From assembly GCF_009834535.1 (NCBI RefSeq), contig NC_045697.1:102240001-102304000 (forward strand): DNA of 64,000 nucleotides. Direction: 5' to 3'. A program made the position numbers and the translations under genes. The notes under the pieces are model-generated. The model ran no database searches, was not told where the DNA came from, and saw only the letters and a list, made by a program, of their open reading frames with translations. Source of the DNA: Camelus ferus. Taxonomy: Eukaryota. Below, piece by piece: positions 35,960 through 48,975 of this stretch. How positions within the stretch are numbered: position 1 is the stretch's first letter; every line of letters begins with the position of its first letter.

Positions 35960-36505
35960 CAGCCAGAGTTCAATTGCAAACATCAAAAATTACTCTTGCC
36001 GTTTTAAATTGAAAGCCATTAGATACTTACTAAATTGTTGGAATGGCCAGAATAGGAGGCTCTATGCTGAGTCCCCAGATGATTATACAAACAACGTGCA
36101 CCAACAGAACTGCTATTTCTGCATACTACAGAAACCAGGGGGTCAGGATGCACTGTCATAACTGCTGGCTGCAGGATCATACAGTCTTAACTACACATCT
36201 AGGAACTAGGTAGCTGGGGATGCCATTGTCACCTTCAGGAAAGTACCTGAGGTAAATGCTGGCTCAGGAGCCACTCTGCATCTGCTACATCCTTACCAGA
36301 AACATGTGTGCCAGTGGCCACCATCTCCCACTTGACTCGTGTCTGAGTTCAAGTTTTTCACGGGTACCAATGGTTGGTAGAACCTCTATCCCATCCAGAA
36401 CTCTAGTTCAAGGGAGTCTAAAATGTAATTTACAATTGTAGGTCTCTGCAGCTAGAAGGTGTGGTGGAGGGAAGTTGAAGACATGCTGAGTCCATCAATC
36501 TGTCA
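35960..36505. mobile_element. Probable old LTR element inside the L2 (family uncertain)
   Basis: Interrupts the L2; LTR-like phrases 'agagttcaattgcaaacatcaaaaattactc' and 'tagttcaagggagtctaaaatgtaattt'. Confidence 0.4.
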
Positions 36506-37431
36506 CCTCTGTCCTCCCTACCCTACTCCTGCTGCCTCCTCATGCTCCCTATTAATTCCTTCAAGAAACGTACCACAATTTAAAATCACACGTGTGTGTG
36601 TATGAAACTATATGGTGAAAGAAATCTGTCCATGAATGCGGGGACCTCATCTTGTTCATTGAAGCCTTAGAATGGTAACTGGCACATGCTAACTCCAACA
36701 AATCTTTTTGGAATGAGAAATGACTAATAAAATAAACAGACAAATAGATAAATAAATAAAGTCATTAAAATAATAGTCATTTTATGATGCAAACCCTCTG
36801 AGGGAGGGTGTCCTTATAAATGCCACTGCCCCCTCTGACATGGCCCTCCTGTCCTCAGGTTTAGCCCCAGCCTGCAAGCACTTCCCTCTCCAAGTCTCTC
36901 AATTTACAACCCCACCAGCATCTCCGTCCCTTCTCCTTGCAAGAAGACTCTCTCACTCCTCAGTGAAAGTCTTTTAGAGCATGGGAGCATCCCAGGCATG
37001 AGCTGGATATGGACTCTTGTTTACCTGTATTCCATTTTAAAGTCACGTGGGAGAGAAGGTTAAGATGAGGAGGGACTGACCAGTTCATGGACAAGAATGA
37101 ATGTGGTACTCCCATCTCTGCTTCAGTCTTCCCAACAATGAGAGGTGTGGGCATTCTGGATCTTTACTGAGACCTATTTCCTTATCATATCTTTTAAATA
37201 TAAGCATTACTTATCATCTTATTCAACAATATATTGAAGAAAGAATATTCCTCTATTTGAAGAACTCTGACCTTTCTCAATAGACTCCATAGTTCCTCAT
37301 AATTGTACTGAAGGGTATCTGGTTCTTCCCTTCTTTCTCAGAAAATTAGTGTCATCAACCAAGAACTACACTGACTATTCACATCTTCTTTCTTTTATTA
37401 CCAGGACATAATGATGGTTCTGATTGAATTC

Positions 37432-37602
37432 TTTTTTTTTTTTATTCAAGTATAGTTGATTTACAATGTTGTGTTCATTTCTGGTGTACAGCATAATGAT
37501 TCAGTTATACATATATATATTCTTTTTCATTATAGGTTATTACAAGCTGTTGAATATAGTTCCCTGTGCTATATAGTAGGGCCTTGTTGTTTATCTATTT
37601 TA
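37432..37602 (-). mobile_element. Short L1 3' tail insertion (cetartiodactyl type)
   Basis: Poly(T) then 'agtatagttgatttacaatgttgtg...aatatagttccctgtgctata...ttgttgtttatcta'; possible TSD attctttt. Confidence 0.85.
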
Positions 37603-39134
37603 TTCTTTTGATACATTCTTGTAAGTTTGTGGAGCTGGTAAAATTGTGGGGATAGGAGGAGTGGGGTGCTGCCGTTTCTTACAGAACACCAGTAGAGGAG
37701 GTCAGAGGGGAGTTTTATCTAGAGTGTATCCTCTGCAGACTGTTTTTGGCCATTGATCCCATAGCTCCTGGGATTCTGTTTATTCTGCAGTTTTCTCTAA
37801 ATGAAGCAATGAGAGAAGTAAAAGCTGATGACCAGCCTCATGTCTGCATCTAATGTCCATTGGAGAAGTGAGTTAGTTACTCTGTATCCTCTTCCGTACC
37901 CTTAATCACAGGCCCTGTCTCATCGCAACATATTAGACAAAATACATTCTCTCTTCCCTTGACTCTCTGCTTAGTGTCCAATTTACATTAATCTAACCTT
38001 CATAAACCTAATCTATGACTGTGGCCCTATCCTAGGCCATAGGAAAAGGAAACAGAGGTATAGTAACAAAGTAGACTATTCAGGAGAAGTCAAAGGGACC
38101 AAAGTTTCAAAGAAAGAAGATGGAAACATTGGAAGAACGAGCAAACTATTGTTGCTTCAGATTCAGGAGAAACAAAAACAGTTCTATATTTGTGCCTAAG
38201 TTATGGTCAATCCCAGTTTGCAAATAGGTTCAGACAAAAAATGAGTCCATAATTAGGGATAGGAAAGAAGGATCAAGATGAGAAGTTCACCTTTCTAATT
38301 GGAATATGATACAGAGATGAGGGTGATCATCTGTCCTGAGAGACTGAGTGAAAGAACTTTATGACGGATCTGATAGACGCACCTGAAAGAAAGAAAAAAA
38401 GTTGTTTAGAATTTCCAAACAAGCAGTGCACGTTCATTACTCTTGGTAAACTAGAGTTGCTGGCCAGAGATATCACTCCAACTTCATGTGAAAACAGGTT
38501 GAGTGCACGGAAAAGGTTCACGTCTCATGGTACCATTTTGGTGGACCAGGCCACGCTCTCACTGCTGGAAATTTAGCAAGGGAACTGTCGCTGCACCATG
38601 AGAAGCCGAAACCTGTGGCTTCCATTCTGCAAAAGCAGTCAGAGAGAGCAACAGGAATGAGAACTCCCAAGACTTAGGCTTTGGTCAAAGTGGGTAGATG
38701 TTAAAATAAATGTTGATCTTTGGGGTTAAAGGGAAACTCGGGAGCTTACTATACAAAACCAGGAAGAGTCCTTGAAGCTTTTAACCTTCTTTCCTGAGTC
38801 TAGAAGTCACACATATGAGGCTTTAAGTTTATTCTAAACTCTTCAGTCTGTGATGGACAATAATGTGGTTTCTGTTTTTGCTTGCTAGATTGCCTGTCTG
38901 TGTTTATTTGTGGGTTGCAGCTAACTGATCACACACCATATCTGTTCCATTGCGGTAGACCAGCACTATTTGCTTTGTTATTTTCCTGGAGGTTGTTTGT
39001 AAAGTGTTTCCAGACGTCAAACAAATGGGCTATTCCAAGCACTCTTGTTTTCTAAGCATTGAGTGCACCTCCTCCCATGACTTGGGTTGAAACTCAGATC
39101 TGTTGATTTAGGTGGCTGAAGTATTTAGATGGAA

Positions 39135-39198
39135 GATGGATGGATGGATGGATGGATAGATTAAAATAGATAGATAGATAGATACATACATACATACA
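39135..39198. repeat. (GATG)n(GATA)n(CATA)n compound microsatellite
   Basis: Read directly. Confidence 0.9.
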
Positions 39199-40119
39199 TT
39201 TATATCGATGATCTTATTTTTTAAATAATTTCTTTATGAAGTCTTGAGAACCAATTCCAGGGTTGTATATTAGAATAGAGTGGAGAAAAAGGCTAACGAG
39301 AGCAAAAGAACATAAAAGGGAGAGAGAGGCAGAGACCAAGAAACAGAGTGAAAGTCAGTTCATGTGGGTGACTATAACCTCTGGCAAGAGATCAGACAAA
39401 CAAGTTCAACCCAAAGTCAATTTAACTTTATTGGACCACACTGTCTCAGGCAATTAGAAAAATATTTGTAAAACATCAGATGAGAAAAAGGAACGTGGAG
39501 CCCAATAATGCAAAACAATGTTTATAAGACAAAAATCATGAAGTGGGAAGAGTAAACACAATTATTCTATCAGCACCTCCTGTTCTTCTAAAGATTACTT
39601 TAACTTACATGGAGAGAACGCCTCCGAACAGCCAGAATAGTTTCTTTCTAGCAAGCTCCTACCCCCAAAGTAGTGAGTTTTAAGACCCAACCCCCACCAA
39701 AACAAAAAACCCTGAGGAGTTTTCAATTTTGAGAAACGGGAAATAATTACATCTTAGATTCCATGGGATTATTGTTAAACCCGCTAACACCAAGCCAAAA
39801 CTGAAAGTAAAAATGGTCTCTCTAGTTCCTGTTCACCCTTCCATTTTACTTTAAGTGAGAAACGAATTGACAACACACACAAGTGAGAGTCCCAAAGCTG
39901 AGACTGTGATTATAAGCTTATTTGGAGAGATTGCACGCTGAAGCTCTTTATCCAAATGAGCTTTCAAGGGTCTTCATAGTTCATGTCAACTTAGCTCACC
40001 TCCATGTGGTATTGAAGAGTTTAGCTTGTTTTACTGACTCTTACAAATTGCAGCAGCTGAGTATCTCATGAAGCTAGAAAACATGATGTGATGTAATTTT
40101 TGCCATCGTCTGACACCCA

Positions 40120-40141
40120 GCACACACACACACACACACAC
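40120..40141. repeat. (CA)n microsatellite
   Basis: Read directly. Confidence 0.9.
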
Positions 40142-40864
40142 TCACTCTGTGGTCTGCTTCTAACGCACGTTCAGTAAATTGTATTTCTTCATATCTTCCG
40201 TCTCCAAATTCCACCTTTCCACCAGGCCCACTCTCCTGCCAGAACTGTCCTTGTTATTACGGCTCCTTTAGCCTTATTTCATCCCTTCTAATCACCGAAT
40301 CTCTTCCCGCTACTGAAAAAATTTCTTCATACAGCTTTCTACTCAGATCACAAAAATACAGTATCTGTGTGAAAACAAAATGATGTTGATGGTGTGGTCC
40401 TCCACGTCTGCCCTGAACGTTCCAGTAGATGGATCAAGCCTCAGATCAGTTCTGCTCCTCTGGGAAAGCCGTATGCATCACAATCCACGCCAGGTTCTCT
40501 TTGTTTAAAAAAGATACTATTATGAACTGCACATCTAGATATATTCCTTATATTGTGACTCTTAGAGAAATATTAGGTAATCAATATTCAGATTTTGAAG
40601 ATTTCTAATACTAATTATGTTCTTGAGTCTGGGAGACTTCATTTGGAATCATCATTTGCTCTTTGAAATCCAATGAGCTTCGTGACTTTTTGAAAATGTT
40701 TTTAAAGGAGAGAGAACCATTCTGTATGTGTTTACTATAACCATGTATAACAATTAGTAAGAAAATGTGGAGACTAACAGGAGAAATGGCTACATGCCTA
40801 TAGGGAGAGAATACTGGAAATACAGAAATATCAACGATAGATGAGAAGTTGACATCCATAAATC

Positions 40865-40925
40865 TGTGTGTGTGTGTGTGTGTGTGTGTTTATCCATGAG
40901 TGTGCTTGTGTGTGTGTGAGTGTGT
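40865..40925. repeat. (TG)n microsatellite with a degenerate extension
   Basis: Read directly. Confidence 0.9.
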
Positions 40926-43057
40926 TCTCTTCTGTATCATTCTGCTTTAACTGGTTTTAGAATTCAAGGTATTTATTATGCCCCTCAGCCAAAACAGTGG
41001 AAGAAGGAAGCTTCCATGGGCATCTGATCACTTTGTAAGTACTATTATTGAATCAGTGTTCTTGGAAGAGACTGATGTGGTAAAACATTTCTGTTAATTT
41101 CCCCTGAAGAATGTCACATTGGGTAGTGTTCTGTGGGTGGTCATGTAATGAGACACTGGTGTCTGTCTATGACACATACTGTATATGAAAGGAGGCATAG
41201 ATAAAGGTAACTTGAATTCCATCCCTCTCTGTTTATATGATGCTTATCACCATGCTATCTAGACACCCGGACTAGAAGCTTTACAAGAAGTAAAATTTCC
41301 TCCTCTATTCAATTGAAATCAACAGACAATGAGTTGGGGCTGGCTCTGGAAGGGTTAACAGGCACACATGCTTCTGGGTAGTCATGAGACGAAAATGGAT
41401 TGACCCAAGTGGCAACAATTTCCCCATTTCCAATAATGTAAGCAACTGCTTCAGTGGAATACCACTGGAAATGAATGTTCTATATTATAAACATATTCTA
41501 AGTGCATTTGCAGGCATCTAGCTATTTAAACTCTTTTTACCTAAACCAGTGACTTTTGTAAAAATACAGCTATTCACAGTCCTGGTTTATTTTGAGGAGT
41601 AATAGCATGGAAAATTTCAAAGGAAAATATTTAGCTATTTTTTTCTGTAGGAGAGAGCAAGTGTTATAGTGATTCTGTGTGTGGATGTGTTGTGTGTATG
41701 TATACATATACATATATATATTACTTTTAATTAAAAAGCTTTAAAAGTACATATTCCTTTTTTCATATATAAAGAAATGTAACTTTTAATAAGATTGGCC
41801 CCAAGGTATTTCCTATTCGCTGTCCCATGATGGAATTGACACAATACAGCATGTTGTTGATTAAGACCAAACAGCACTAAGTTCAGCTGGACTTTTTACA
41901 AAGTCAAATTATAACAATAACGAGTCTCTTAGAACATCTGTATTTTCTTTTGGAGAGTCTTTCACTTCCTTCCTCTTTCTAGCCTCTAACTTCCTTTGTT
42001 TTCTTTGAGTCTTGAACTGTAACCGGGCCATTCTGGAACATAGATTTATTCATCTTGACCTCAGCTGTGATTAATCCACCCGAGACAAAGATCAACTTCT
42101 GGCAAACACTGGTTCCCTCTCCCTGGTATCAATAATGCAAATTCACCTACTTGTTTGCAGTATCTGCTGTAGGTGTGGTTGAAAAGAAAATCCAGGGAAC
42201 AAAGATGCAAGAATTATCTGTGACTCATTTAACAGACAGGTGTTGGGGCCCATTTTTATGTACAGGCCACTAGGTAGGATTAATTAATTCGAATACTAAT
42301 TCTACTGTATTGAAACTTGGAAAGGCAAATGAGGTTTAAGAAGATGATGAATGGCTTACAGTCCACAGTTGTAAATCCTATTCCTGCTCCTCCACCATAT
42401 GGTATAGAAGCAAAATTATAATTCTCTTTGGGTGGGAGGAGGTACTAGGGTAGATTAATCAAATATGCTGGCAGCTAGGATGAATGAAACCTTAGTTAAT
42501 ACCAAAAAAAAACCTCATTGGAACCATTAGCTCTGACCTCTTTATCAAAACTTTTACCCAGGCTGCTAACAATTAACAAAATTGATGAATCTGAGCTTCA
42601 GCCTTTTCCCTTTCTTCTACCGGTCATTTGTCAATCAGTAGCATTTATGGAGAATTCACTGTATACAGAATATTGTGCAGACTTGCAGCCTCCAAGCCCA
42701 GTGAAGGAAAAACTACTTAAAGGAGTATTACTAGGTTTCTTGAGACAAAGCTGTCAGTTTTGCAAATAAGTTACTTCATTGGTTAAGAAACGGGTTTCTT
42801 TTTACAATAGGCTTTCTTAGAGTCTCTAATCTTCTAACACATTGTTAGTCTAAAAGAGGAGGATTTACTCTTCACCTCTTCTCCTTGTTTTTTGTTATTC
42901 AAGCACCAATTAATATTTCCTGGAAATAGTGTTCTGCAAATCTCAATAAATGGGAGCTGTGGTCATTGCTTCCAGAAAAGGAGGTTAACACCTCTATTGT
43001 AGGGGTGATTACAGAACCAACATTTTTAGAGTAAAAAACATCAGAGATCACTTAACC

Positions 43058-43228
43058 CAGTGGTATCGAAGCCAAGTGACCATTAAGTCTCTTGGAAGCC
43101 ATTAAAAAATACAAATTCTCAAAAATCTGGCCCTCCCCCAAACTTTCTTAGAATTTGGGTGGAGAGAATCAAAATGCTCAAGATTCTACGTTGATTCTGA
43201 TCATGAGCCAGATGGGAAAAACACTGTC
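43058..43228. mobile_element. MER5-like DNA transposon (degenerate)
   Basis: 'cagtggt...ttaaaaaatacaaattctc...caagattctacgttgattctgatcatgagccagatgggaaaaacactg'. Confidence 0.5.
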
Positions 43229-43804
43229 CAGGCCAAACCAATCAATGCCCAAGCAAGGGTGACATCCTTTCAAAGAATCCCTAAGCCTCACTGCCCAGGC
43301 ATCACTATTCAATAGCAAATGACTGTTGCTCTGTCCTCTTCCCCGTGTCACAGAAGAGCTCTGGACCCACAGCCCAGCAATAGTAACACCAACAGTGATG
43401 CAAATGGTGCTACACCGTCAAGGACCTTCTCAGCATTTTGCACCAGAAAATACAGATAACAGGGTCACTGGGTCAAGGTAACTGATATTGAAGATACAGA
43501 CAAAAATTCATGAGACATATGGGAACCATGATGGTTTTTGAAGTTAAGAAGAGGCAGAAGCTAGGAATAAACAGTTATGAGAGGAGAAAAAAAAAAACAG
43601 TAAACAAAATATATGGAGAGACTAAACATCCCAGCTTTCCTAAAACAGTGGTATACACACCATCTGATACCAAATCAGGTAACTCTGGTGATATACTTGT
43701 GGGAGGCACCTTACACCTGCGTTGCTTTCATTTATGGTCTGCAGAGACTCACATCTCTGAAGTTCATTCGAAGGAGAGGTATTGGGAGGGGGGCATCTCT
43801 CTGA

Positions 43805-43972
43805 TAGTGCTTCTCAGCTTTGGCTACACGTTAGAATCACTTGGGGGCTTTTTAATACTGACATCCAAACCTCACAACAAAACAATTAATCTCTGGAGGT
43901 ACTTTTCAAGCAAAAGTATGTTTTTAATTACCCAGGTGACTCTAAAATGCAGCCGAGGTTGGAACCTGCTGC
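43805..43972. mobile_element. MER5A1-like DNA transposon
   Basis: 'tagtgcttctcagctttggctacacgttagaatcacttgggggcttttta...cccaggtgactctaaaatgcagccgaggttggaacctgctg'. Confidence 0.75.
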
Positions 43973-46574
43973 TGGCAGGGAGAGGAGGGAAGGAGAGGGA
44001 CGTTTGTGGATTCCCTCTGCTCCATCAAGACGAAGATGAAAATGAGCCATGGGCTCAGGATGTCCTTGGGTTCATTTTGCCTGTATTGTAAGGCCAAGGT
44101 ACTGCTTTTTTGGACTTATGATAAAAATATAATACTGAAATCTCTTTGTTAAAGTAAAAAGTGAGCTGATTAAAAAAAAATATATATATATATATTAAAT
44201 GATACATAGAGCAGGTGGTAATTTGACAGGGCAAAAATCGTGGTGGGGGAATGCAGATGAAAGAGGTTTGGCAAATTCTGAGCCAGTCAACCGTAAGAGG
44301 GGAAGGGAACACGCAAGCTGAGGGTATGTGAATCACAGAAATGGTGACCCAAGGGCATAAGATCCTACTGCTCAGACTTTCTAGCACACCTAATTCTTCC
44401 TCCATTTAGCTTTTCGATTTTTATCCAAAAGAATCCAAATGGCTACTCTCTCCTGAATCCCTGAGAATAAAGTTCTCTATTTCTTGCAAGCAGAAGAAAC
44501 TTCCTGAAATAATGTCCTTTATAATAGAACATAGTAGAATAGTATATGGGACTGGTATAATTCATAAATGTATTTGTTGTTCTCCTTTAAGGATGCGTCT
44601 CTATGGTTATAGCTGTCATATACAAGCATGAAGTCATGTACAAGTGTGCTTTTTTTTTTCTTTTCCAAATGTGCATCTTTAAAGTTTAAGAAAGGTCTCT
44701 GACTACGCCCTCCATATCTGGCAATCAGCTGACCACACCAGCTCTAGCTTGACGTCCAGAATGACACACCCACACTGGAAACACCACTCTCCTGGATTAA
44801 AAAAGAAAAGAAGCTAGACAGAGAATCCTGTACAAGCACATGACATCCAAGCACACACATGCCACAGAAAACAGATATAAGCATAACCAAACTGCAGCCA
44901 TCCAGCTGAGCAGAACGATAAATTGGTCAGAACTAGTTTCTTACCTGTCGGAAAGACTTCACGGAGCAGGTAAGAAAGAAAGCATCTTTGCAAAAAAGGG
45001 TAAAACAGGTTTGGTGGAAGACAGAGGAGGGGACTTCAGGTAAAGGCGCAGACTTAGAGTAATGTATGCTTGTGTACACAAGGATAGTCATTTGACTGAA
45101 GGAAAACGGGAAGGAAAGAGCAGCTGAATCAGGAGGTGTTTGTTGGTTGGCGTCCTGCCATCAAATCCATGACCCGGATTTTAAACATGGTTCAAGAATT
45201 AATTAGGAAAAATATTACCATGTTCAGACGTTATTACTTGAAAGCTAACATGTGAAAAACTAAGCTTAAGGTACAATCTGAGTACTTTCCACTCTTTGAC
45301 ATTTAATCCCCCCAGCACATTCGAGCAGCAGGGATGAACATGTGTGCAGATCTGCTGAGGAAGAAATGGAAGCCAAGAGATGTCAAGGGTTTTGCCCAAG
45401 ATTGATAAGAATGAAGGCTAAGATTTAAACACAGAGCTTAATTCTTTGGCCATACTAGGAGTGTTATAAATATCTTCAATAGGCAAAATGGATGTGAAGC
45501 CAGCTTCAGAGGGAAAGAGAACACAAGTGGCCTCATTAATCCACTTCCCGGATGCTGAGAATTCTGTTTTGCAAGAGTTAATTTTTTTCTCATTTAAAGT
45601 GGATACAATAAAAATATGCTTGAGCAGAAGTTTGGAAAAGAGCCTGCAGGTTATGAAAACCACACTATAGGAATTTGGAGAATCTGAGGTGTTACAATGA
45701 TTAGAAATCTGTGTTTTATCAAACACGTATTAAAACTGAAAATGTTTATTGTTTAGTTAAAAATAAGTGCTTTAAACTGATAAATTAACCAAAACACCGG
45801 CATGAAGTGCTATTTGAAGCGTCTTCCTAAAAAAAAACTTTCAAATTCCATGTTTTCTCTGAAAATAGGTAACAAAATACCTATATTGTACAGGAAAAGA
45901 GTAACATGCCAACCCGTTTTTCAAATCGATCTATCTTTTCCAAATCCTTCACATTTATACCTCAAGGAAACTTACATGTTTAGTAAAATTTTCTATTTTC
46001 CCAAAGGACTTGGAGGAAATCTTACTTACTGTATCTGACAGCAGAAGCAGCACAGATTTAGTGGGAAAACACTCAGGATGACAGGAAGTATTAGGATAGA
46101 AACTTCTGAAGGATGGGAGCGATAACCACATTTCTGGCTAAAGACATGGAGGATAAATAAGGAGAAAAGCTATTTAGCTGAAGCATCTGTGGTTTTTGTT
46201 TGACTTCTTCCTTTAGTTAGTCTTTTCTGACCTCATTTACGCCATCTACGTTTCTGATTAAGTTTGTAGCATGGCAAATAAAAAACAAAAATTAAAAAGC
46301 CGTTTAAAGGTCTAACAGTGTTTTTTCAAATCATGGATGTTGCTGCGCATTTTCACGTTTGTATCAGTGGAAGCACACAAAGATCCAGAAGCATCCTTCT
46401 CTTTTTGAGTTAAGGGTACATTTTGCAGACATGTTTATTCAGGGTCATAAGAACATTAAAAAAATAATAATAAAGGAAAGAAAAGAGAGAACATAAGTTC
46501 CCTGAGAGTCTAGGTCACATGAATTCGGATGATTCCAATTACCTTGCCAGGCTTGGATTTATCTGTCTATACTA

Positions 46575-46915
46575 AAAAGCCACGTGCTTTTGGAAACCTC
46601 CATAATAACATGTCACATGTAATCACAATTACATAATTATACAATATAAAAACGATTACTTAAGTAACATTACCGGTTAACCCTGGTAATTACCTGTACA
46701 TGTATGTGGGCAAACAGGCAATTTTACTACGGAAGACGGCTCTGTTTGAAATCGTTTTTATGATGAAATTGTGGCAGTTCCAAAAAAAAAAAAAAAAAAA
46801 AAAAACCCACTCAAAACTAAAAAGGCACAGCTTTGATTGCTTGGCCTGTGAATAAACTTTCCAGAATGCTTTTCAGATTTGGCACAGAATACTGTTGCAA
46901 GCCAAAGAATCAAAG
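46575..46915. promoter_or_regulatory. Candidate enhancer with E-box, D-box/PAR-bZIP half-sites and inverted TCF/NFI motifs
   Basis: CACGTG 46581, ATTACATAAT 46628, several palindromes, CTTTGAT/ATCAAAG inverted pair at 46831 and 46909. Confidence 0.35.
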
Positions 46916-48829
46916 ACGACTTGCTGAAGAAAATTTGTGTGGGGTTGGTAAATCATCTAGCCAGACTCTTTAGGTTGATTTGAAACTTTAAACAGGAGAT
47001 ATTCTAATTGAGGGTGAAGTTGAAGAGCTAGATATGTGTACAAGTGAAATCATGCTTGCCCCAACTAATAATAGGGTGACACTAGGCAAATAAGGTCCTC
47101 TGGAATCTCTGCCTCCCAGATGCTGGAAGTGGGACCAGAACAGAGCCCGGGAGGGCCAGAAACCCAGAGCTGTTCTCTGCGGAGGGAACGTTTCACTCAG
47201 ACTTAAGCCTAGGCAGCTTCCTCCACAAATATTTAAATGCTCGTGGTTGCGCTGTAGGTTGTGTGATCCACTGGGTTAGTTTGGTTGAATGAGGTACCTG
47301 TTTTTCAAGAACAGAAAGAAATGTAAGCTCACCACGTTAGTGAAAAATAAGTCAAATGGCTTGATGGAAATAACCTTCACTTAGTCAAAGAGGACTCAAA
47401 CTGTTGGCTGGGGAGACAGAGCTGGAGTAACTGAGGTGATTCCACGCATGATTTTCTGGATGCTCTGTCAATGGCTTTAACATCATGGACATTGTCTACT
47501 GTAATTTACAATGGAAGTCAAACCAAAGGATGATCCATGAATTAAAGCCAAAAATAAAATGTTAATGGTGATTTTACATTATGAAAAGACTCATTTGGTA
47601 GAAAGTTTTTAAAACATATTTTTCCTGCTTTACTTTGCTTTTTGTAAATAATCATCATCTTAAAATCTGGCTCAAAATTTAATTCCATGTGCTTTGCTCT
47701 TTGCTCCTACACTTGTTACAGAGATGGACTGCTCTACCTGTGTCTGTTCCTGGAGATCAATAACACCATATCAAAAAAAAAAGTATTTATTTCATAGAGA
47801 TTGACTTTTTTTCCTTATGTATATCTTTGTCCCCTGACCTATCACTGTCCTACAAGTTTCTTAGAATTTCTCAGCTAAAAAAATGCCCAATAATCTATTT
47901 CTTTTAATGAGACTATTTCTTTGTAACGAATGCTGGAAAAGCAAAGATAAGCTAAGTATACTAAGAGGTGGATAAATCAAGTTAAACTTGGCTGCAGAGA
48001 AGTTTATAAAATTGACATTCAACCCCCAAGCCAGCCTTTGAATTACTAAAAAGACACAAATGCAAACATCACGTAGATTGAATTCCTAACACTGAGTGTC
48101 AGTTCTCTCCAGCTGTTTAGGTATGTGGCAAGGAAATGACCCGTGGACAAGAAAAATACACTCGTTGGTTCTGCAGTATGCACTAAATAATCTGAAGCAG
48201 GGGCAGCCACACAAGTTCTAACACTTGTGAGCTCACATAGGGAATCCACGGAAAGGGGGTTAAGAAGGCTCAGGGGGATAGACTGGTCTTCAGGGAAGAA
48301 GAAAAAAAAATAAAAGAATGAGGTTTGAAATTCTCCAGATAGCAGCTCATGAACTCCATATTTCTTTTTTCATCAAGGAACAAAAACCAAATAAAGTCAT
48401 CTTTGTCTTACTAATAAAAGCCTTGCAACACACAACCAACTGAAAACAAGGGTGCACCCTAAAAAAGACAAAAACCAACAGAAAGTTTACCTGAGACATT
48501 AGGCTTTCAGAGATACTCAGTTTTCCCTTTGCTATTGGAATAGTAATTCCTTTACATTTATTCAAAAGAAAACTGAATGGTTAAGAGGTATGCAGTTGTA
48601 GGTAATTTAGTCATTTTCTGGGTGGACAATAAAACTTCCGTGGATGATCTAGTGTTTACTTTTTTCCGATCCTTCAGCTATGATGGCAACATTTTGGGCC
48701 AGGTCTGATTTTGTAAAATTGATGTTCAGTAAGTGATGGCAGAATTTACGCTCAACTTAAAAGGAAAATCTGTATTTAGTAGAAGTCCAGAGAAAAATCA
48801 AATTAGATTCACAAAATGTATTACACATT

Positions 48830-48975
48830 CATAATTATCACTTGGCTGTTACAGTGCTTTATAGCTTTCAAAGGATGTCACATTGATTATCTTTTTTGGT
48901 GTTCAAAAACCTCTGTTACATCAGAGAAGGTGATTATCATCTCTACCTTACAAATGAATTAACAAGTTCAAAGAA
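48830..48975 (-). mobile_element. MIR SINE
   Basis: 'acagtgctttatagctttcaaaggatgtcacattgattatc...attatcatctctaccttacaaatga'. Confidence 0.6.

Larger units (their letters stand above)
34660..36735 (+). mobile_element. L2 LINE 3' region, interrupted by LTR insertions
   Basis: 'agctccagactcatatctaactgcctacatgacattccc', resumes as 'caggtacctcacaatttaaatatatcaaa', tail 'gccttagaatggtaactggcacatgctaactccaacaaatc'. Confidence 0.7.

Noticed and set aside
38294..38320. Resemblance to U6 snRNA (aattggaa..gatacagaga)
   Set aside because: Only about 20 gapped nt match, with no U6 5' stem, 3' part, TSD or tail.
43510..44091. Longest ORF in the window (193 aa)
   Set aside because: It runs through a MER5-type transposon and an A-run, and has no recognisable domain or supporting splice structure.
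1650..46636. Window-wide enrichment of D-box TTATGTAA (6 seen by eye)
   Set aside because: A rough expectation at about 60% AT on both strands is 5-6 copies, so the total is not enriched. Only locally clustered cases were kept.
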